Assembly: GCA_951406725.2 (NCBI GenBank)
Contig: OX597823.1
Span: 41,416,001-41,480,000 of the forward strand
DNA from: Octopus vulgaris
Lineage: Eukaryota
Direction of reading: 5' to 3'
Length of the DNA: 64,000 nucleotides
Numbering within the stretch: position 1 is the first letter of the stretch; each line of letters opens with the position of its first letter. A program made the position numbers and the translations under genes. The notes below the pieces were generated by a model. It made no database searches and was not told the DNA's origin. It saw nothing but the letters and a program-made list of their open reading frames with translations. Shown piece by piece: positions 39,797-54,129 of the stretch.

Positions 39797-40682
39797 GTTA
39801 TTTTTATATGTTTGATATATATTTAATACCTTGTTTTTTAGGCTTCTCTCTAACATCTTTTCATCATCCTTTCTTCCTTTACTGTTGTTGTTTAACAGAA
39901 TGAAACTTAAAGAGTATGAGGCAAGATGAAGCATTGATGATCAAGTAGATTAGTTGAAGACTTAGCAGTTGTGTTGCTGTTACAAGATCATATTGTTGAT
40001 CTTAGGCTTCACAGATATTTTGAGAAAAGACAGATGATACAAACGAGAAAAATGCAGTGAATCTTAAGAAGTAAATAATACATATAGTGATACTGACTAT
40101 AATGTTAGGTAGTTGGTTTATAAAACATATTTTGTAGGAAAACTATTGCTTTCTTTTCAATACATGTTATTTTTTGTCTGTTTTGTACCTAATTATTCTG
40201 TGAGGTTTTCTTTCTGCAATGTTTTTCAAAATATGATACACTATTCCTTTCTGGAAGACACTGTCATCCATTCTTTCGTATTGTAAATAAATGATAATTG
40301 ATTTATGATGTAATAAATACACTCTATGGAGCATTGAAAATTCTGGTAAATTCTGGATTACTTAATAATTAATAAAAATGCAACATTAAAGCTTACAATC
40401 TCTTACTTTCTGTGCCAAGTATTGGTATGATATAATTAATGTTGCCTACATCATATTAAGATGACATTGCAAAGCTGACATATTTAGGTATATGATAACT
40501 GGCAGGAAATCATAAGGTTGCTATATCTTGTCATTTGATATCTGAATTATGATATGGTACTTGCATGTAGCTCATAACTGAATTGTGTTACACAATATAT
40601 ATATACATACACACACACACATATTCATATATTCACACAAACATATACAGATATATATTATCATATATATATCAGTATATAC

Positions 40683-40720
<38 letters not shown>

Positions 40721-40879
40721 CTGTGTAGGTTTGTATATAGTATGCATATGTATATAGTATGTACGTATATCTATATGTGTGTATATATATAAATATATAT
40801 AGGTATGTGTAACTATATATATGTAAATGGGTAAGTGTGTGTGTATGTATATGTATATACGTATAATCATATGTGTGTA

Positions 40880-40937
<58 letters not shown>

Positions 40938-41804
40938 TAAAAATCATGTTTGTTTGCGTGTATGTAATATATGTGTATGTGTGTGCATGTCTCTATATTA
41001 TCTTCTACCTATCTATCAGCACATGCACATACACACACATAAACTTGTTTGACATTAAATAATAAAATATGAAACTATATAGTAATGATAATTCACATGG
41101 CTTAATTTCAGTTTATAATATGAACTAAGAATGATATATTTTCACCAAATCCAATGTTAGTTTTCATACATTTCTATGTTCCTTTCTTTACCTTTTCTCT
41201 CCTATTTACCTTTATACCATACTTCTTTAACCTTTCTTATAGGTTCACTGCTCTGTTCTCATTTTTACTTAGATTTTTCTTCTTTCAATTTTTTCATCTC
41301 ACTCTATCAAACTTTTTCATTTATTTACTTTTTCATTTTACATTTTCTTTCCATTTTATTTATTCTTCTCTTTTTCTCCCCTATTCTTTTTTCACTATTT
41401 TTTCTTTTGTGACTTATCTTTCTCTGTTTTCCTTTCTTTTAATATTTCCTTTTTATTTTTACATTTTACCTTTTCTTTCTCTTTAAGAATGGTTTTATTC
41501 AATATCCAATATTTTCTTTATTTTTCATTTCTTGCCCAGTTTCCCTCTTCCTATTTTACTCTCTCTTACCTTCAAATAAACAAACAAAAAAAGTATGTCA
41601 AATTCCATCTGTGACAGACTATCCCCTTCATGGGGTCATCAAGGATTATTGTATGCTAATAATTAATGATAGCAGCTGCCAGATCCTTTCTTTCCATTAT
41701 ATTCTCATGCATCAAAGACAGGGGCACATTTTACCTCTATTACTGATGCAACAGACTTATCTATTTGTTTCACTGTGGCATTGCATTGTACTCCTCTGTT
41801 GCAT

Positions 41805-41982
41805 TGTTATAACATCCACTCTTATACAGCAGTATAGTTAGTTAGACAAGTAAGATCACAACTATCTATGGCCATCTATTTTGTACTCCCTCCTGACACT
41901 GACAGATAGTATTTATAATGACTAGCACATACCACTCATCATATGGGAGGGGTGTACCATTATTACTATCATCCCTATAACA
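41805..41982 (-). repeat. Gypsy 3' LTR (178 bp)
   Basis: TGTTATA...TATAACA inverted termini; polypurine tract (minus strand AAAAGGAGAGA) immediately adjacent at 41983-41993. Confidence 0.7.
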
Positions 41983-43126
41983 TCTCTCCTTTTAAGTTTT
42001 TCTTTTTTTTCTTAGGGAGTGTAATTTTGTTTTTTTTAATAGCAATAATTTTTACATTACCTCACTTCCCTTTTTTGAATCTTATTGTTTTACAGTTATA
42101 TATTTGAAATTTTTTTCATTCGTTGTCAGAGACTTCTTCCAATCTATGGAATTTTTTCTCACTGAATATAATTGCCAACACTTCCTTTTCTATTTGGCTA
42201 TAGTTCTTTCAGCTGATAATAACAATCATGATACCTTGGCTGTAGTCTTTTCATTCCCATCATCATATTTGTGAAGAAGCATGGCCCCTACACCATAATC
42301 ACTCACAAGCCAATATAATATCCATCTTTGGATCAAAATGTGTTAAAGAAAAGTTCGATGTTAATGTGTTTATTAACTTTTCAAATGCCTTCCGGCACCT
42401 ATCAGTTCAGCATCAGTTTGTATTTTTCTTCAGCAAACCCTTGAGTAAACATCAGGCACTGGTGTCAATTCGTCCAGTTTGAACTTTTCGCATTCTCTGT
42501 TAACTCTACCAGCATATGTAATGTAGTCTTCCTTGTTCTTTTCTAGGTTCAAACATTTCCAGTGTGTATTGAACAACGAGCTTTTACACATTGTGTCTAT
42601 TGTATTTCTAAAGTTCATGTCAGAAGTTTTTTTTTGGGAGTACATAATTGCTGCAATGCTCATGTTCTCTTGTTGCCAATCTTATGAAGATTAAATCTGT
42701 TTTCATATTGTCGACCCAATCATTGCACTCTTTATTGAAGATCTGTTCATATCTTCTATAGTAGGCGTCGAAGGTAACTCCCTTCGTCTGGTTCATACTT
42801 AAATTATGCCATATCTATATATATGTCATAATCTGGCGAGTACATCTTTTCAGTATATTTGGACGACTTACTATTCATTAATTGCAGCATTTGTTGCTGT
42901 AGTAGTAATTGTTGTTGTTGTTGCTTCTGCTGTTGTTCTTGCAGTTGTAGCTGCTGCTGTTGTTCTTTTGGTTGTTACTGTTGTTGCAACTCAAGCAAAC
43001 CAACCAACAATTTTTCCAATTTTACGATTGGGTATATCATAAAATCTGCCCAAAAACTTTTTGTGAGTTTTGTAACTCCTTGTGAGTTTGTCAATTCCAT
43101 GTGAGTTTGTTAATTCCTTGTCACCA
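41805..43126 (-). mobile_element. Internally deleted Ty3/Gypsy LTR retrotransposon relic
   Basis: PBS-like TGGTGACAAGGA (43115-43126); poly-Q gag N-terminus; gag FKYEPDEGVTFDAYYRRYE..SLFNTHWKCLNL..YAGRVNRECEKFKL; RT-connection/RNase H LLKK..AFEKL..LTHFDP..NYSQIEKE; PPT and LTR. Confidence 0.9.
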
Positions 43127-43596
43127 CCGTTGTATTTGCAATTTGCATGAATGCATTAAAAAAAAAAAAGGTACAGTGTTTTTAACTTGTTACAAAATAA
43201 CTTATAATCATAAAATATTCTAATATTGGTGGACAAGGAATTCCAGAAGTGTAGGGTAATATACTAAAAAGTGCTACTATATGAGTGGCTGAAGAAAGAG
43301 CAGAAAAGAAGTGACAACTGATGAACTCTACCTGACATTCTGTGGTGCAAATGGTACAGGAGCTAAATTTATGAAGTCTTTCAAATATTTTTGGGCAGAG
43401 TGAAATTTTCAACTTCATTTGAAAATATATAGGTAACCAATAATGTTCAATTAATGGTGGTGAAATGTGTTCACATCTGTGGAATCTTTTAAGAAATTAA
43501 ACATAAATGTTTTGAATGATTTCTAACTTTTCTAGTTTTCTAGTTTTCCTCTCAAAATAGCATTTCTATAACCTATATTACAAATGATAGAACAAG

Positions 43597-43660
<64 letters not shown>

Positions 43661-43705
43661 TTCACACACATAATGTATATACACATACAAATGTACATTT
43701 ATATG

Positions 43706-43750
<45 letters not shown>

Positions 43751-43944
43751 TCACATGCATAATGTACATAAATATATATATCTAATTAAAGAAGGTGAGA
43801 AATATTTGTAACATATGCCATATCTAGATATATATGTCATAGCTAGTTGTATAAAGATGTATCTATCATATGTACAAACACACACTCACAAACATACGTA
43901 GACATGGGTGTATACATATCAATATATTCATATTAAAGCCTATT

Positions 43945-43985
<41 letters not shown>

Positions 43986-44272
43986 CTGCATGAATACAAC
44001 TGAATTATCTATGTCTGGCTGTGTCCGTCACACACACACACACATGCTTATACACACAGTGCACAGCATGAGAAGAGAAAATCAAAATTATTAAGTTAAT
44101 TAATTATTTACAAAATATTGTTAGAAGAAACGTATTTATTATCTATCCAAATTCATAAATTTAACAGCTTGTAATAATGTGAGGCAGTAAATATTTAGCA
44201 GGTGGTTTTCTACTATTTCTTGTTATCAAGATATCATAGCTAAACATGAAAATATATCTATATATTTGTGTA

Positions 44273-44490
44273 CTGAGCTGGCAGAATTGTTAGCATGCAG
44301 GGCAAAATGCTTAGCTGTATTTCGTCTACCATTATGTTGAGTTCAAATTCCACCAAGGCTGACTTTGTCTTTCATCTTTTCGGGGTTGATTAAATAAGTA
44401 CCAGTTACGCATTGTCAATGTAATCGACTTAACCCCTTTGTCTGTTCTTGTTTGTCTCCTCTATGTTTAGTCCTGTGTGGGCAATAAAAA
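44273..44490 (+). mobile_element. SINE family C copy
   Basis: gagctggcagaattgttagcatgcagggcaaaatgcttag..gagttcaaattcc..cggggttgattaaataagtaccag. Confidence 0.88.
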
Positions 44491-44574
44491 AATAAATATA
44501 TTTATGTTCTCTGTTCATATGTATATTTCCTATAATGTGGCTTTTTGTAGTCATGTTTGTGTATATGTGTGTAT

Positions 44575-44660
44575 GTATGTGTGTGTTGTATATGTGTGAG
44601 TATGTGTGTGTTGTATATGTGTGAGTATGTGTGTGTTGTATATGTGTGAGTATGTGTGTG
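44575..44660. repeat. 25-bp TG-rich minisatellite
   Basis: gtatgtgtgtgttgtatatgtgtga repeated about three times. Confidence 0.85.
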
Positions 44661-45084
44661 TGTGTGTGTGTGTGTATTATCTGTTAGGTGTCCATCGATC
44701 AGACAAAAGACATGCTCAATGTGAGTTATAGAATGATTATATTTTTACATATGTCATAGCAACTATGCATAGAAATTATAAACAATAAACAAAAATATAA
44801 TTTTACTTGGTTAAATATATTTATTTTGAAATAAGGGAAGTTGTTACAAGGTATGTCTAATATTTTAAAGAATTTCACCAATATAACAGATAAGCTGGAA
44901 AAACAATTTTTAAATGAAAATTTTTAATTGCCCTTAATTTTCAAAAGTATTTTCAAATGTCAATCTGTATGTAAATCATTTTACAATGGCTCTTTTACAG
45001 CAAAAAACCTGTTCTGCTCTGCCTTCTTATACCTTAACTCTTCATCTCCCAGCATAAAGCTGTGTTTCTTAGGGTTTATAGTCT

Positions 45085-45305
45085 TGAACCTGCCTAGTGA
45101 TCTCACTAGTGCTGGTGTAATGAAAAAAGCAGAGTACATGCTGTACAATGTTTAGCATCAGTAAGGACATCAGCTGTAGAAACCATGCCAGAGTAGACAG
45201 TAGAGCACACTGCTGTCCTTGGACCTGTTGGATCCTGAGAGACTATCCAGTTCATGCCACCATAGAACAAAGATGTTAAATTCTGATGCTGAAGATGATG
45301 ATGAT
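45085..45305 (+). mobile_element. Degenerate repeat family B
   Basis: aaggacatcagctgtagaaacc..gatgttaaa..gatgatgat. Confidence 0.65.
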
Positions 45306-45924
45306 AACCTGTACAAGAAATCCTTTAGTGGCGATCAACCTATCAACAGTAATCGCTTGTGCTTGAATTTTGTGGAATCATAGCAAAGAAGTGGGTAAAA
45401 CAAATGGGGCAATAATTAAAAAAACAAAAGCTTTGAGAAAGACTGAGCTATATAGTTGCTCAACCTGCTAGAAATAGCTACAAAAATCCTACGTCATAAT
45501 ACAACACCCTACCATTTTCAAACTGTAAAATCACATTAGATAATTGCCATGACTTCAACACAACTGGCACCATCTGGTTCACACTGGTACCCTGACAGCT
45601 GAAAGTAAAAGAACTAGTGCATCTAGGAAGAAGCACTCACTCTACAATGCTAGAGCTATTAGTATGCCATGTCTTGCTCCATTCCATATATTCCCGGCCT
45701 GCTTTAGAAGATTCCTGTCCTAGGTAGGCCAACCAGATCAGACAAGACAGCCAATCCAGAATCATTGTCATTTTTGACAACAAAGGATGAACAGCATAAC
45801 TAAAAGACAAGAGAGTCATGGTTGGAACACTTTTGATTACAGTTCTGCTGGTCAAGACTGGTCTGTTTGGTGCTAAGCAACCACACAAACAGTTATGTCT
45901 TTCAAGCAGATACAAGATTGATGT

Positions 45925-46138
45925 GTAACTCTTCAGCCTTCAGATTATGCTGTCAAATGTAATGCTTGTTTAATCCCATTGTTTTGAATCAATCCAGCAT
46001 TATCTCGTAGCTTTAAGATTTTAATGATGTGACAATATATTTATAGAATAGCATTGTAGGGTAGGCATGGGAGGCCAAATCTGGCTGGTTTGAACATGAA
46101 ACAGAATATTTAGGCCAGATATGAATGGTTTAAATACT
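45925..46138. mobile_element. Second MITE family, probably piggyBac-type
   Basis: Decayed termini (taactcttcagccttcag / tttaaatactt); about 210 bp AT-rich body; family assignment from recall. Confidence 0.45.
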
Positions 46139-46505
46139 TAATAAAGAAAGGGAACAGTCAATTAAATAACAGAAGCCTCTATATGCCTTAAATACTTTTA
46201 ATTTCAAAGGAATAAGGGAATGAGTTATGAAATAAGATTTAATGAATTAATTCTAACTTAGGATATTAAATCATTAAACTTAGTAACCAAATATCTAGTG
46301 CATCCTCCAAACATTCATCTCCTTGGTCCAACTCATGTTTATATAGAATGGATTAAGAAAATATTGAAATTCAGTGTCTGGAAGAGTTAAAGTGAAATTC
46401 TTGTGTCTCTCACAATTAATGTTTGCATCTAAAATCTCAGCTAATAAATACGCTGTCATGTTAGGTTTTAAGAGAAATTTGTGTACATCTTTCTCTCTCT
46501 CTCTG

Positions 46506-46557
<52 letters not shown>

Positions 46558-46700
46558 GTGTGTGTGCGCACATGTATGTGTCTGTGTGTACATGTGTGTG
46601 TTGTATGCATATATGTGTATTGTGTGTATATACATACATATGTATCTATATATATAGAGATATATAATTTTCTCGCTTCAACATTTCTTCATTTAGTGCA

Positions 46701-46748
<48 letters not shown>

Positions 46749-47724
46749 CTGTGTGTATATATTGTATGTGTGTGAGTATATATATATATATATGTGTGTG
46801 TGTGCGTGTGTGTGTTTGTATGCATATATCAAAACGTAATTTAAGAACAAAGAGTTGAATAATTAGCAATGTTATGTCTTCCTGTCTGCTGGTGTTTGGC
46901 TCTTCTTTCTGAATTAGTTCTTTCCCACACTTCATTTTCCATCATCATGGTTTTATATGTGTGTATATTTTTCTTTTATATATATATATACCCCCTCTTT
47001 TTTCATCTGTTTTTTTCTTTCATCATTCTTTTCTCTTCATAGCCTTAATTGTGAAGAATTAGATATTTATATCCCTAAGCATATATTTCTCTTTGACTTT
47101 CAATAGTAGTTACAAATGATTCTTATTTGTTTGTAATGGTACATTAATAGGTGTGTATATATATATATATATATATATATGAATGTATGTATGTGTTAGT
47201 ATGTGAGACAGGAAGATGTGTATATGAGTTTGTAAAAATAACAGAAATTATCAATTATAAATTGCTAGTTGATTCTCTCAACTTAAGAGATGTTGACATG
47301 ATGGTAGCAGGGGTGGGGGTTGATGGCAAGTGTATTGAATCTGTGTGGAAAGGTTGGGTTTTGTTGTTTATAGAGGTTCCAAGCCATTTCAAAGTAATTA
47401 TTGCTTTGAGTTTGTTTCATACTATAAATTAATAGCTTTAGTTGTTTTAAAACTCTAGCCACTGCCACTAGCTTAGTTTGAGATTTAAAAAGAACTGTCT
47501 GTCTCATAATGGTACCCTCTGTCTCAACCTTCACCACTACCTCACTACTGATTGTCATCGTTGTCTGACATCACATAGCTATTACTAATACCAACGTTTT
47601 TTTCCACTGATAGAACTGCTACATCTAGCCATCACTACCATAGCAACAAGCTGATCGAGGCCTTCTATCATTGGATAAAATAGTTGTTGTTTCGATTCTC
47701 TGCACTCACCATCATTATTGTTTT

Positions 47725-48130
47725 AGCATATTTTATTGGCTCTGAAAGGGTGAGAAGACAAGTTAACTTTGACAGGACTTGAAATCAGAATGTGAAGAGC
47801 TGGAACAAATCCCACAAGGTACTTTTCCATTGCATTAATGATGTTGCCATTCAGCTGCTTTTGTTTCTAATTTAGGCAAAAAGCCATCAGTTTAGAGTGG
47901 GGAGGCTGGAGTTAATTGATACCATTGAGATCCCACTATTAGTCTGCTACTTTATTTTATTGATCATGGAACAGTGGAAACAAGAATGACCTTGGCAGGA
48001 TTTGAATTCAGAACCACAAGAAACACCATTAGGCATTTTGTCCAAAGCTTTAATGATTCCGACAAACAACCACCCTTGTAAAATAATTGTCAGTAATTTA
48101 GGCATGAGACCAGATATTTTGATGGGAGAA
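47725..48130 (-). mobile_element. Tandem degenerate SINE family C copies
   Basis: Two to three units with tttattg..ttgaa.tcagaa..aatgat. Confidence 0.7.
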
Positions 48131-48159
48131 TGTTAGTAAATTAAATCCTCCTCCTCCTC

Positions 48160-48163
48160 CTCC

Positions 48164-48198
<35 letters not shown>

Positions 48199-48610
48199 TT
48201 CTTCATTGTTTTAATAACCACATTTCCAAGCTTGCATGGATTGGACAGAGTTTATTGAAACAAATCTATGGCCAAATGTCTTTCCTGTTTCCAAACCTCA
48301 CTTATTCCCGAGCAAGGTAATATTTTCACAGTATATTGGAAAAGAACGACACTGCTAGTATGATAGTGGCACTTGTTTTCAACTATCATGTAATGTCAAA
48401 ACAAGGAGACACAAACATATGCTCTTCACACAGGCATTTATGCACACAAACACATGCATATACGTATATCATAGGCTTTCAGTTTCCATCTACCAAATCC
48501 ACTCACAAGTCTTTGGTCAGCCGGGGACAATAGCAGAAGGCACTTACCCAAGGTATCATGCTGTAGAACTAAATCTGAAACCATGTGGTTGGAAAGAAAA
48601 CTTCTTAATT
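48160..48610 (-). mobile_element. Composite SINE family F (family A head, distinct body, family B-like tail)
   Basis: Head shares tttcagtttccatctaccaaatccactcacaag with family A; (CAT)n tail and gcttgcatgg shared with family B. Confidence 0.8.
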
Positions 48611-49237
48611 ACGTTATTTTAATGACACCTGAAAGGATGAAGGGGAAATCTGATGCTGGTAGGTACCACTACTAGTTGACAGGTGCTGTATTTTATTGAC
48701 CCCAGAAGGACGATTGTCAAGGTTGGTTGTTACAAGATCTGAACTCAAAATTTAAAGAGTTGGAACCACTATTGCAAAGCAATTTTTCCAGTACTCTAAC
48801 AATTCTGCCAATGTTACATTCTTCAAAAATAATGTGAACTTTGCTTTATTGAATAATCTATTAAAATATAGCGAACATTTATTGATAAATATATTCCGTA
48901 AGATTTCATAGGAATTCATAAAGATTAAAAATTTCTTTTCTGTTTTTAGATTCTTTTTGTCACAATACAAAGCTGAGACAATAAAAAAAATCAAAAACAA
49001 AAATTAAAATATTCCAAGATCCTTCAGTTATGGTGGTAATAAATGCTATCAGTTGTATATAGATAAGAATATTTGTAATGGTGAGATCAATATCAGCTTG
49101 TTTTGATATCACATGATAACATGGTTGTGTATTATCACTGGATTCACAACACATATACTCTATGTATGTGTATGAATATACATATGTATGTACATACACA
49201 TACATGTACATGCACGCACACTCACACACATACATTG

Positions 49238-49650
49238 AGGCTGTGCAAGTGGTAACACTGGCTTTATGCAGCTAATCTAAGACATTTTGCCATACCTTAG
49301 GCATGTCTTCTATTATCGTCCAGGCTCAACCAAAGCCTTGTGAATGGATTTTGGTTGACCAAAGCTGAAAAAAGCCAATTCACACATGTGCACACACACA
49401 CACACACACACACACGTGTTTGGTTGCACTTCCTTACCTTAATATCATGTGATAGTTGTATGTGAGTGTCACTGTCATGAGATGCAGTAGTATTCGTTTC
49501 CAATATTCTGTGAGAACATGTTTGCCAACTGGAAAATATTACCTTGCTTGGTGATAGATGAGGGAGGGTATCTGGTTGTAGAACATCAACCTCAAAAAAC
49601 TCAGTCAGACCCATACAAGCATGGGAAAGTGGGCATTAAAATGATGAGGA
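49238..49650 (+). mobile_element. Composite SINE family F
   Basis: Reverse-complement counterpart of 48160-48610. Confidence 0.75.
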
Positions 49651-49869
49651 TTTACATATATATATATATTTTATACACAATGGGTTTCTCATTTCTACCT
49701 AAAAAAGATTAGCACACAAGTCATTGTTCAACTTGGAGCTGTATTAGATATATTAGACACTTGTGTAATGTAGCAGTATTAGACACTTGTCTCTTATATT
49801 TGATGAACCATTGTTATGTGGAACACAATTGTAGTTTGCCCTAGGTGTCAGGAGGGGCATACATGATGC

Positions 49870-50170
49870 AGCATTCATTCTGCTTCAGCTACAATGTTTC
49901 ATTCTCCCTTTGTTGGATCCTCCTGATCTCCGAAAGTATGAAATTTGTTTTGGCTTTTTATCAACGTTTCTGTAGAAGTTGTTGGATTTTTTTTTTACTG
50001 GGGGAAGCTGCTAACCCACCCCCCATAAAATTCCTTGCCCCATCCTCTAATCAGGCTTCTACCCAACGACCTTCTTGACATCATTGACTCTGCTAGTGAG
50101 GTTAAATTCTCTGTTAGTACAGCAACATAGAAGCATGCAAGCTCCCCTATATGGCAAGGTAACAATCCAT
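49870..50170 (-). mobile_element. Possible RTE 5'-UTR-derived relic
   Basis: tttttac..gctgctaaccc..gcatgcaagctccc..ggcaagg resembles recalled RTE-type 5' ends in reverse; not verified. Confidence 0.3.
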
Positions 50171-50237
50171 ATAAAACTGGACTTGCAATGAATGGTTGAC
50201 TGTAAATTTATGGTTTACCTGTGTCTTTGTAGAAGCA

Positions 50238-50405
50238 CTGGGCCTAGTAGTTTGAGTGTTGCACTCACGATCACAAGATTATGGTTTCAATTTCTAGACC
50301 ACGCAGTGGTGTTGTGTTCCTGAGCAAAGCACTTCATTTCATGTTGCTCTAGTTCACTGAGCTGTAAATGAGTAAACCTGTGATGGAGTGGATTCCAATT
50401 CAAGC
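50238..50405 (+). mobile_element. tRNA-headed SINE family D
   Basis: GGCCTAGTAG A-box-like, GGTTTCAATTTC B-box-like, ttcctgagcaaagcacttcatttc. Confidence 0.8.
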
Positions 50406-51917
50406 AGGAATATTGGTTTTATAAGTCCTAGGACTCAATAACAATAATATCCAAGGGCTGATCAAGATAATGATTATTTATCTTTAGCCTCCTCAGCAGC
50501 ATCTGAAAGCTGCTTGATCAGTCAATTGATATTGCAGTGCTAGTTCTGTTATCACCATTCCTCACTAGCGGTCAGTTGCCGGCACCAATCCATTGTGTCA
50601 TCCACAGCTCGTTTATCATAAACAACAACACAATAGTTTTCAATATCAATGACTAAAATTACTTCAATATATCACACATTCTCCCATCTTAAACATTACT
50701 GAGTGGAGAGGAAATTTAGAAATCATAAAATGAGAAAAAAATATCAGATTTTGACAACTTCAGTATATACTGTCTTTGAGGCATCACAAATTATGATAAA
50801 CTGAACAACATTATATATATATATATATATATGAGAAAAGTTAGAGAAATTATAAATTTTCTAATGAAAACACTTTCTAAGTGGATTGGTGACATTCATA
50901 TTATTAACACATTCTGACAGATTCTGACATGAATATGCAAATCACTGTTGTATTTTTATCATTGGAGAGCAACTTCCCCTTTCAGACAAATGTGTGTTAT
51001 AACACAATTGATTCATTAGAGTAAGGACACTTTGGGATACCCAGTGATTTGACATTCTTGTGTCTCCTCAGTCATATCATTCCAGAGGTGCTACTGTTTG
51101 CTGATGTGTGTAGACATCTATCAACTGCTATTAAATCATCATGTGCCCAGTGAAGAACAGGAATTAGAATGATAGCACACATATTCATTCTTAATATGTT
51201 CCAACAGATTCAAACATGAATATCCTAACTGTTCTATTGTGTTTCACTGTAGGAGAACTATTTCATAACACTCTCAGGTCATCCAGGTGAGGAGATTTTG
51301 GACACTGATATTTCGACCTTGTTGTGTCTCCTGAACTAAAGCCACTCTGGATTTATGACTCATACAAGAGATTTTGGTTTGCAGATGAATGCTGGTATCT
51401 ATTAATTATTATCCAGCTCATTGAATTACAGGGACTGCTTCAGTACAAAGGAAAAAATGGAAGGAAACTTTAAAGCCTTTACAGTGGAATTCCAATTTTC
51501 GCTTCTCTCTTTAAGGTACAAATGAGGGACGATTCCCTTTACTAGGATAACAAGCTTTGTAAATCAGAAAGGTGAAGTTAGATAATATGAGTTCTAATAT
51601 ATAAGCTGTGTGAACAATATTACTTTATTTGGTGATTAAGCAAAATACAAGATGAGATTGCATTGTGGATATGGTGTTTTTATAGTAATACGTGGGGGAG
51701 GGGTTTGGCTCATAAATACAAGAAAATAAATAATGGAATAAAACAATAAAGAAACAATTTAATTCACCTGATGGCAATGTTTCATGAATTAGAGTAACAT
51801 GAGAAACTCTACCACACACACATATAAAAAAATAAACAGCATAATTTTTTTAGAATAACTATCTCATATAGAAGGATTAATATATATATATATACATATA
51901 TATATTTATATATATAC

Positions 51918-51948
<31 letters not shown>

Positions 51949-51966
51949 GGATATATATATTTCTAT

Positions 51967-52013
<47 letters not shown>

Positions 52014-52460
52014 AAATTTGGTATAAGATAAATATTTCAGATGTGTATCTTAAACATTCAGACAAGCAAATTCATAATTCATATGTATGACATAAGATAT
52101 TATTTCATTCAAATAACCATTTGTATTTATAAGAATACAGAAATATAAGATTATGAAAATAAGAAATTAAAAAACATTAAAAATATATAAGGAGTACCAT
52201 GAAAGTATAAAATATAGTTAGAATGGATTAAAGAAGGTGATAGAAAGGATTAGTCCCAACCTGTGGCTGTTTCAGAAAAGTTTTGAGGGGCTGTAGGAAA
52301 TAATCCAAATTCAACTCCCTGTAAAAACATTTCCTTCCTCAGGGTTCTTTTGTCGTGGAAAAATCAATAAGGCACTTTTTCTGATGATATCTCTTATTAA
52401 AATCACTCTGGATAAATTCCAGCATTAATCTTCTCGGGCTTTCCAATATTTTAGAAATAG

Positions 52461-52495
<35 letters not shown>

Positions 52496-52520
52496 GTATA
52501 TACATATTTATATATATATT

Positions 52521-52561
<41 letters not shown>

Positions 52562-52580
52562 ATATTTGTATATATGTGTA

Positions 52581-52890
52581 TCATCATCATCGTTTAACAT
52601 CCGTTCTCCATGCTAGCATGGGTTGGACGGTTCGACAGGGGATCTGGGAAGCCAGAAGGCTGCGCCAGGCTCCAGTCTTATCTGGCAATGTTTCTACAGC
52701 TAGATGCCCTTCCTAACGCCAACCACTCCGTGAGTGTAGTGGGTGCTTTTTACGTGCCACCTGCACAGGTGCCAGGTGAGGCTGGTAACAGCCACGGTCG
52801 GATTGGTGCATTTTACGTGCCACCGGCACGGAAGCTAGTCGAGGCGGCACTGGCATCAGCCACGATTCGGATGGTGCTTTTTATGTACCA
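52581..52890 (-). mobile_element. Well-preserved repeat family B with internal about 65-bp subrepeats
   Basis: CpG-rich; ggtgc(t/a)ttttacgtgccacc-like block occurs three times (52742, 52806, 52873). Confidence 0.9.
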
Positions 52891-53085
52891 CTATATATAA
52901 ATGTATATATACAAATATATAAATGTATATATATACATTTATATATCTCCATATATATGTCTTTATATATATTTATATTTTTAATTATATATATATATGT
53001 ATATATATATATAGTTAGTATGCATGTACAGCAGAGTTTAAGGTCAATCTGTGTCAAGCAGCTTTACTCTGCCTGCTTTAGCTTC

Positions 53086-53099
53086 GTTACTATGGCAAC
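53086..53099. promoter_or_regulatory. RFX X-box motif
   Basis: GTTACTATGGCAAC fits GTYNCY-AT-RGNAAC, in a short unique island between TA-rich tracts. Confidence 0.45.
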
Positions 53100-53143
53100 A
53101 GTCCGGACACTTGTTGATCAGACAATGAGTGTGTATGTATACA

Positions 53144-53194
<51 letters not shown>

Positions 53195-54129
53195 AGGGCA
53201 TATACACACAGATAGATAGAAAGATATATGTAAATTGGTTTACATTCATGAAAATATAAAGAGATAATGTTAATATCTGGTAGATTCACTTTGAAATTAA
53301 AACTGTAAAATAGCCTGAAAATATCAAGTAGAGAGATAGCGAGAATAAATGAGCTTTATTAAGGAAATCAGAGCCTCTTATGTTGTACACTTGATAAATG
53401 GATAGAGAAGCATTGCCTGTGGATGATGAACAAATATGGCATGTATTAGATATTGGTAGATAGATGAATGCATGGATTATATTTTCAAACATGATAGACA
53501 AATAGTCTCTAGAATTTTGTGAAATAGATAGTAATGTCTCGTATATGTAACCTGCTGTGTGCATCTAGTTAAGTAGACAAAACAAAATCTAAGAGCTATC
53601 AGTAAATGTTGATAACTCATGTTGATGAAATATAGAATAATTTCTTATCTGGTGATGGCAAAAAAAATATAATTGATGAGGAAAAAGGACTCAAATATGG
53701 TAGTAGTGTTATTACAGAACACAATAGCCTGGTTGATGTGTTTTTTATATGACAGGAAAATTGAATATTTGTATATGCTTTGCATGTTTTAGCCATTGGA
53801 TTATGGCCAAGCTGCAGCACTGGTGTCAAGTGTTTAGATGGGTGAACTCACCATATTACTTATTTACTTATTTATTGCTTATTTATTGTCTTTTATTTTT
53901 CTGTTCTTTAAAACTGATCAATTAAAAGGATGTGAACAAACCAACACTGATGGCAAGCAGTAAGCATCCACACACACACTGTGAGTGTGTGTACGTATAT
54001 GTATAAATGTGTGTGTGTGTGTGTGTGTGGATATGCACCTGTATTTATATTATCTTTTATGCTTTTACTTCTTTCGCTCATTTGATTGAAAACATGCTGT
54101 AGCACTGCCTTGAAGAATTTTTAATTCAA

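Noticed and set aside
39899-40070. Strong plus-strand acceptor followed by purine-rich segment
   Set aside because: Stops in all three frames, weak donor
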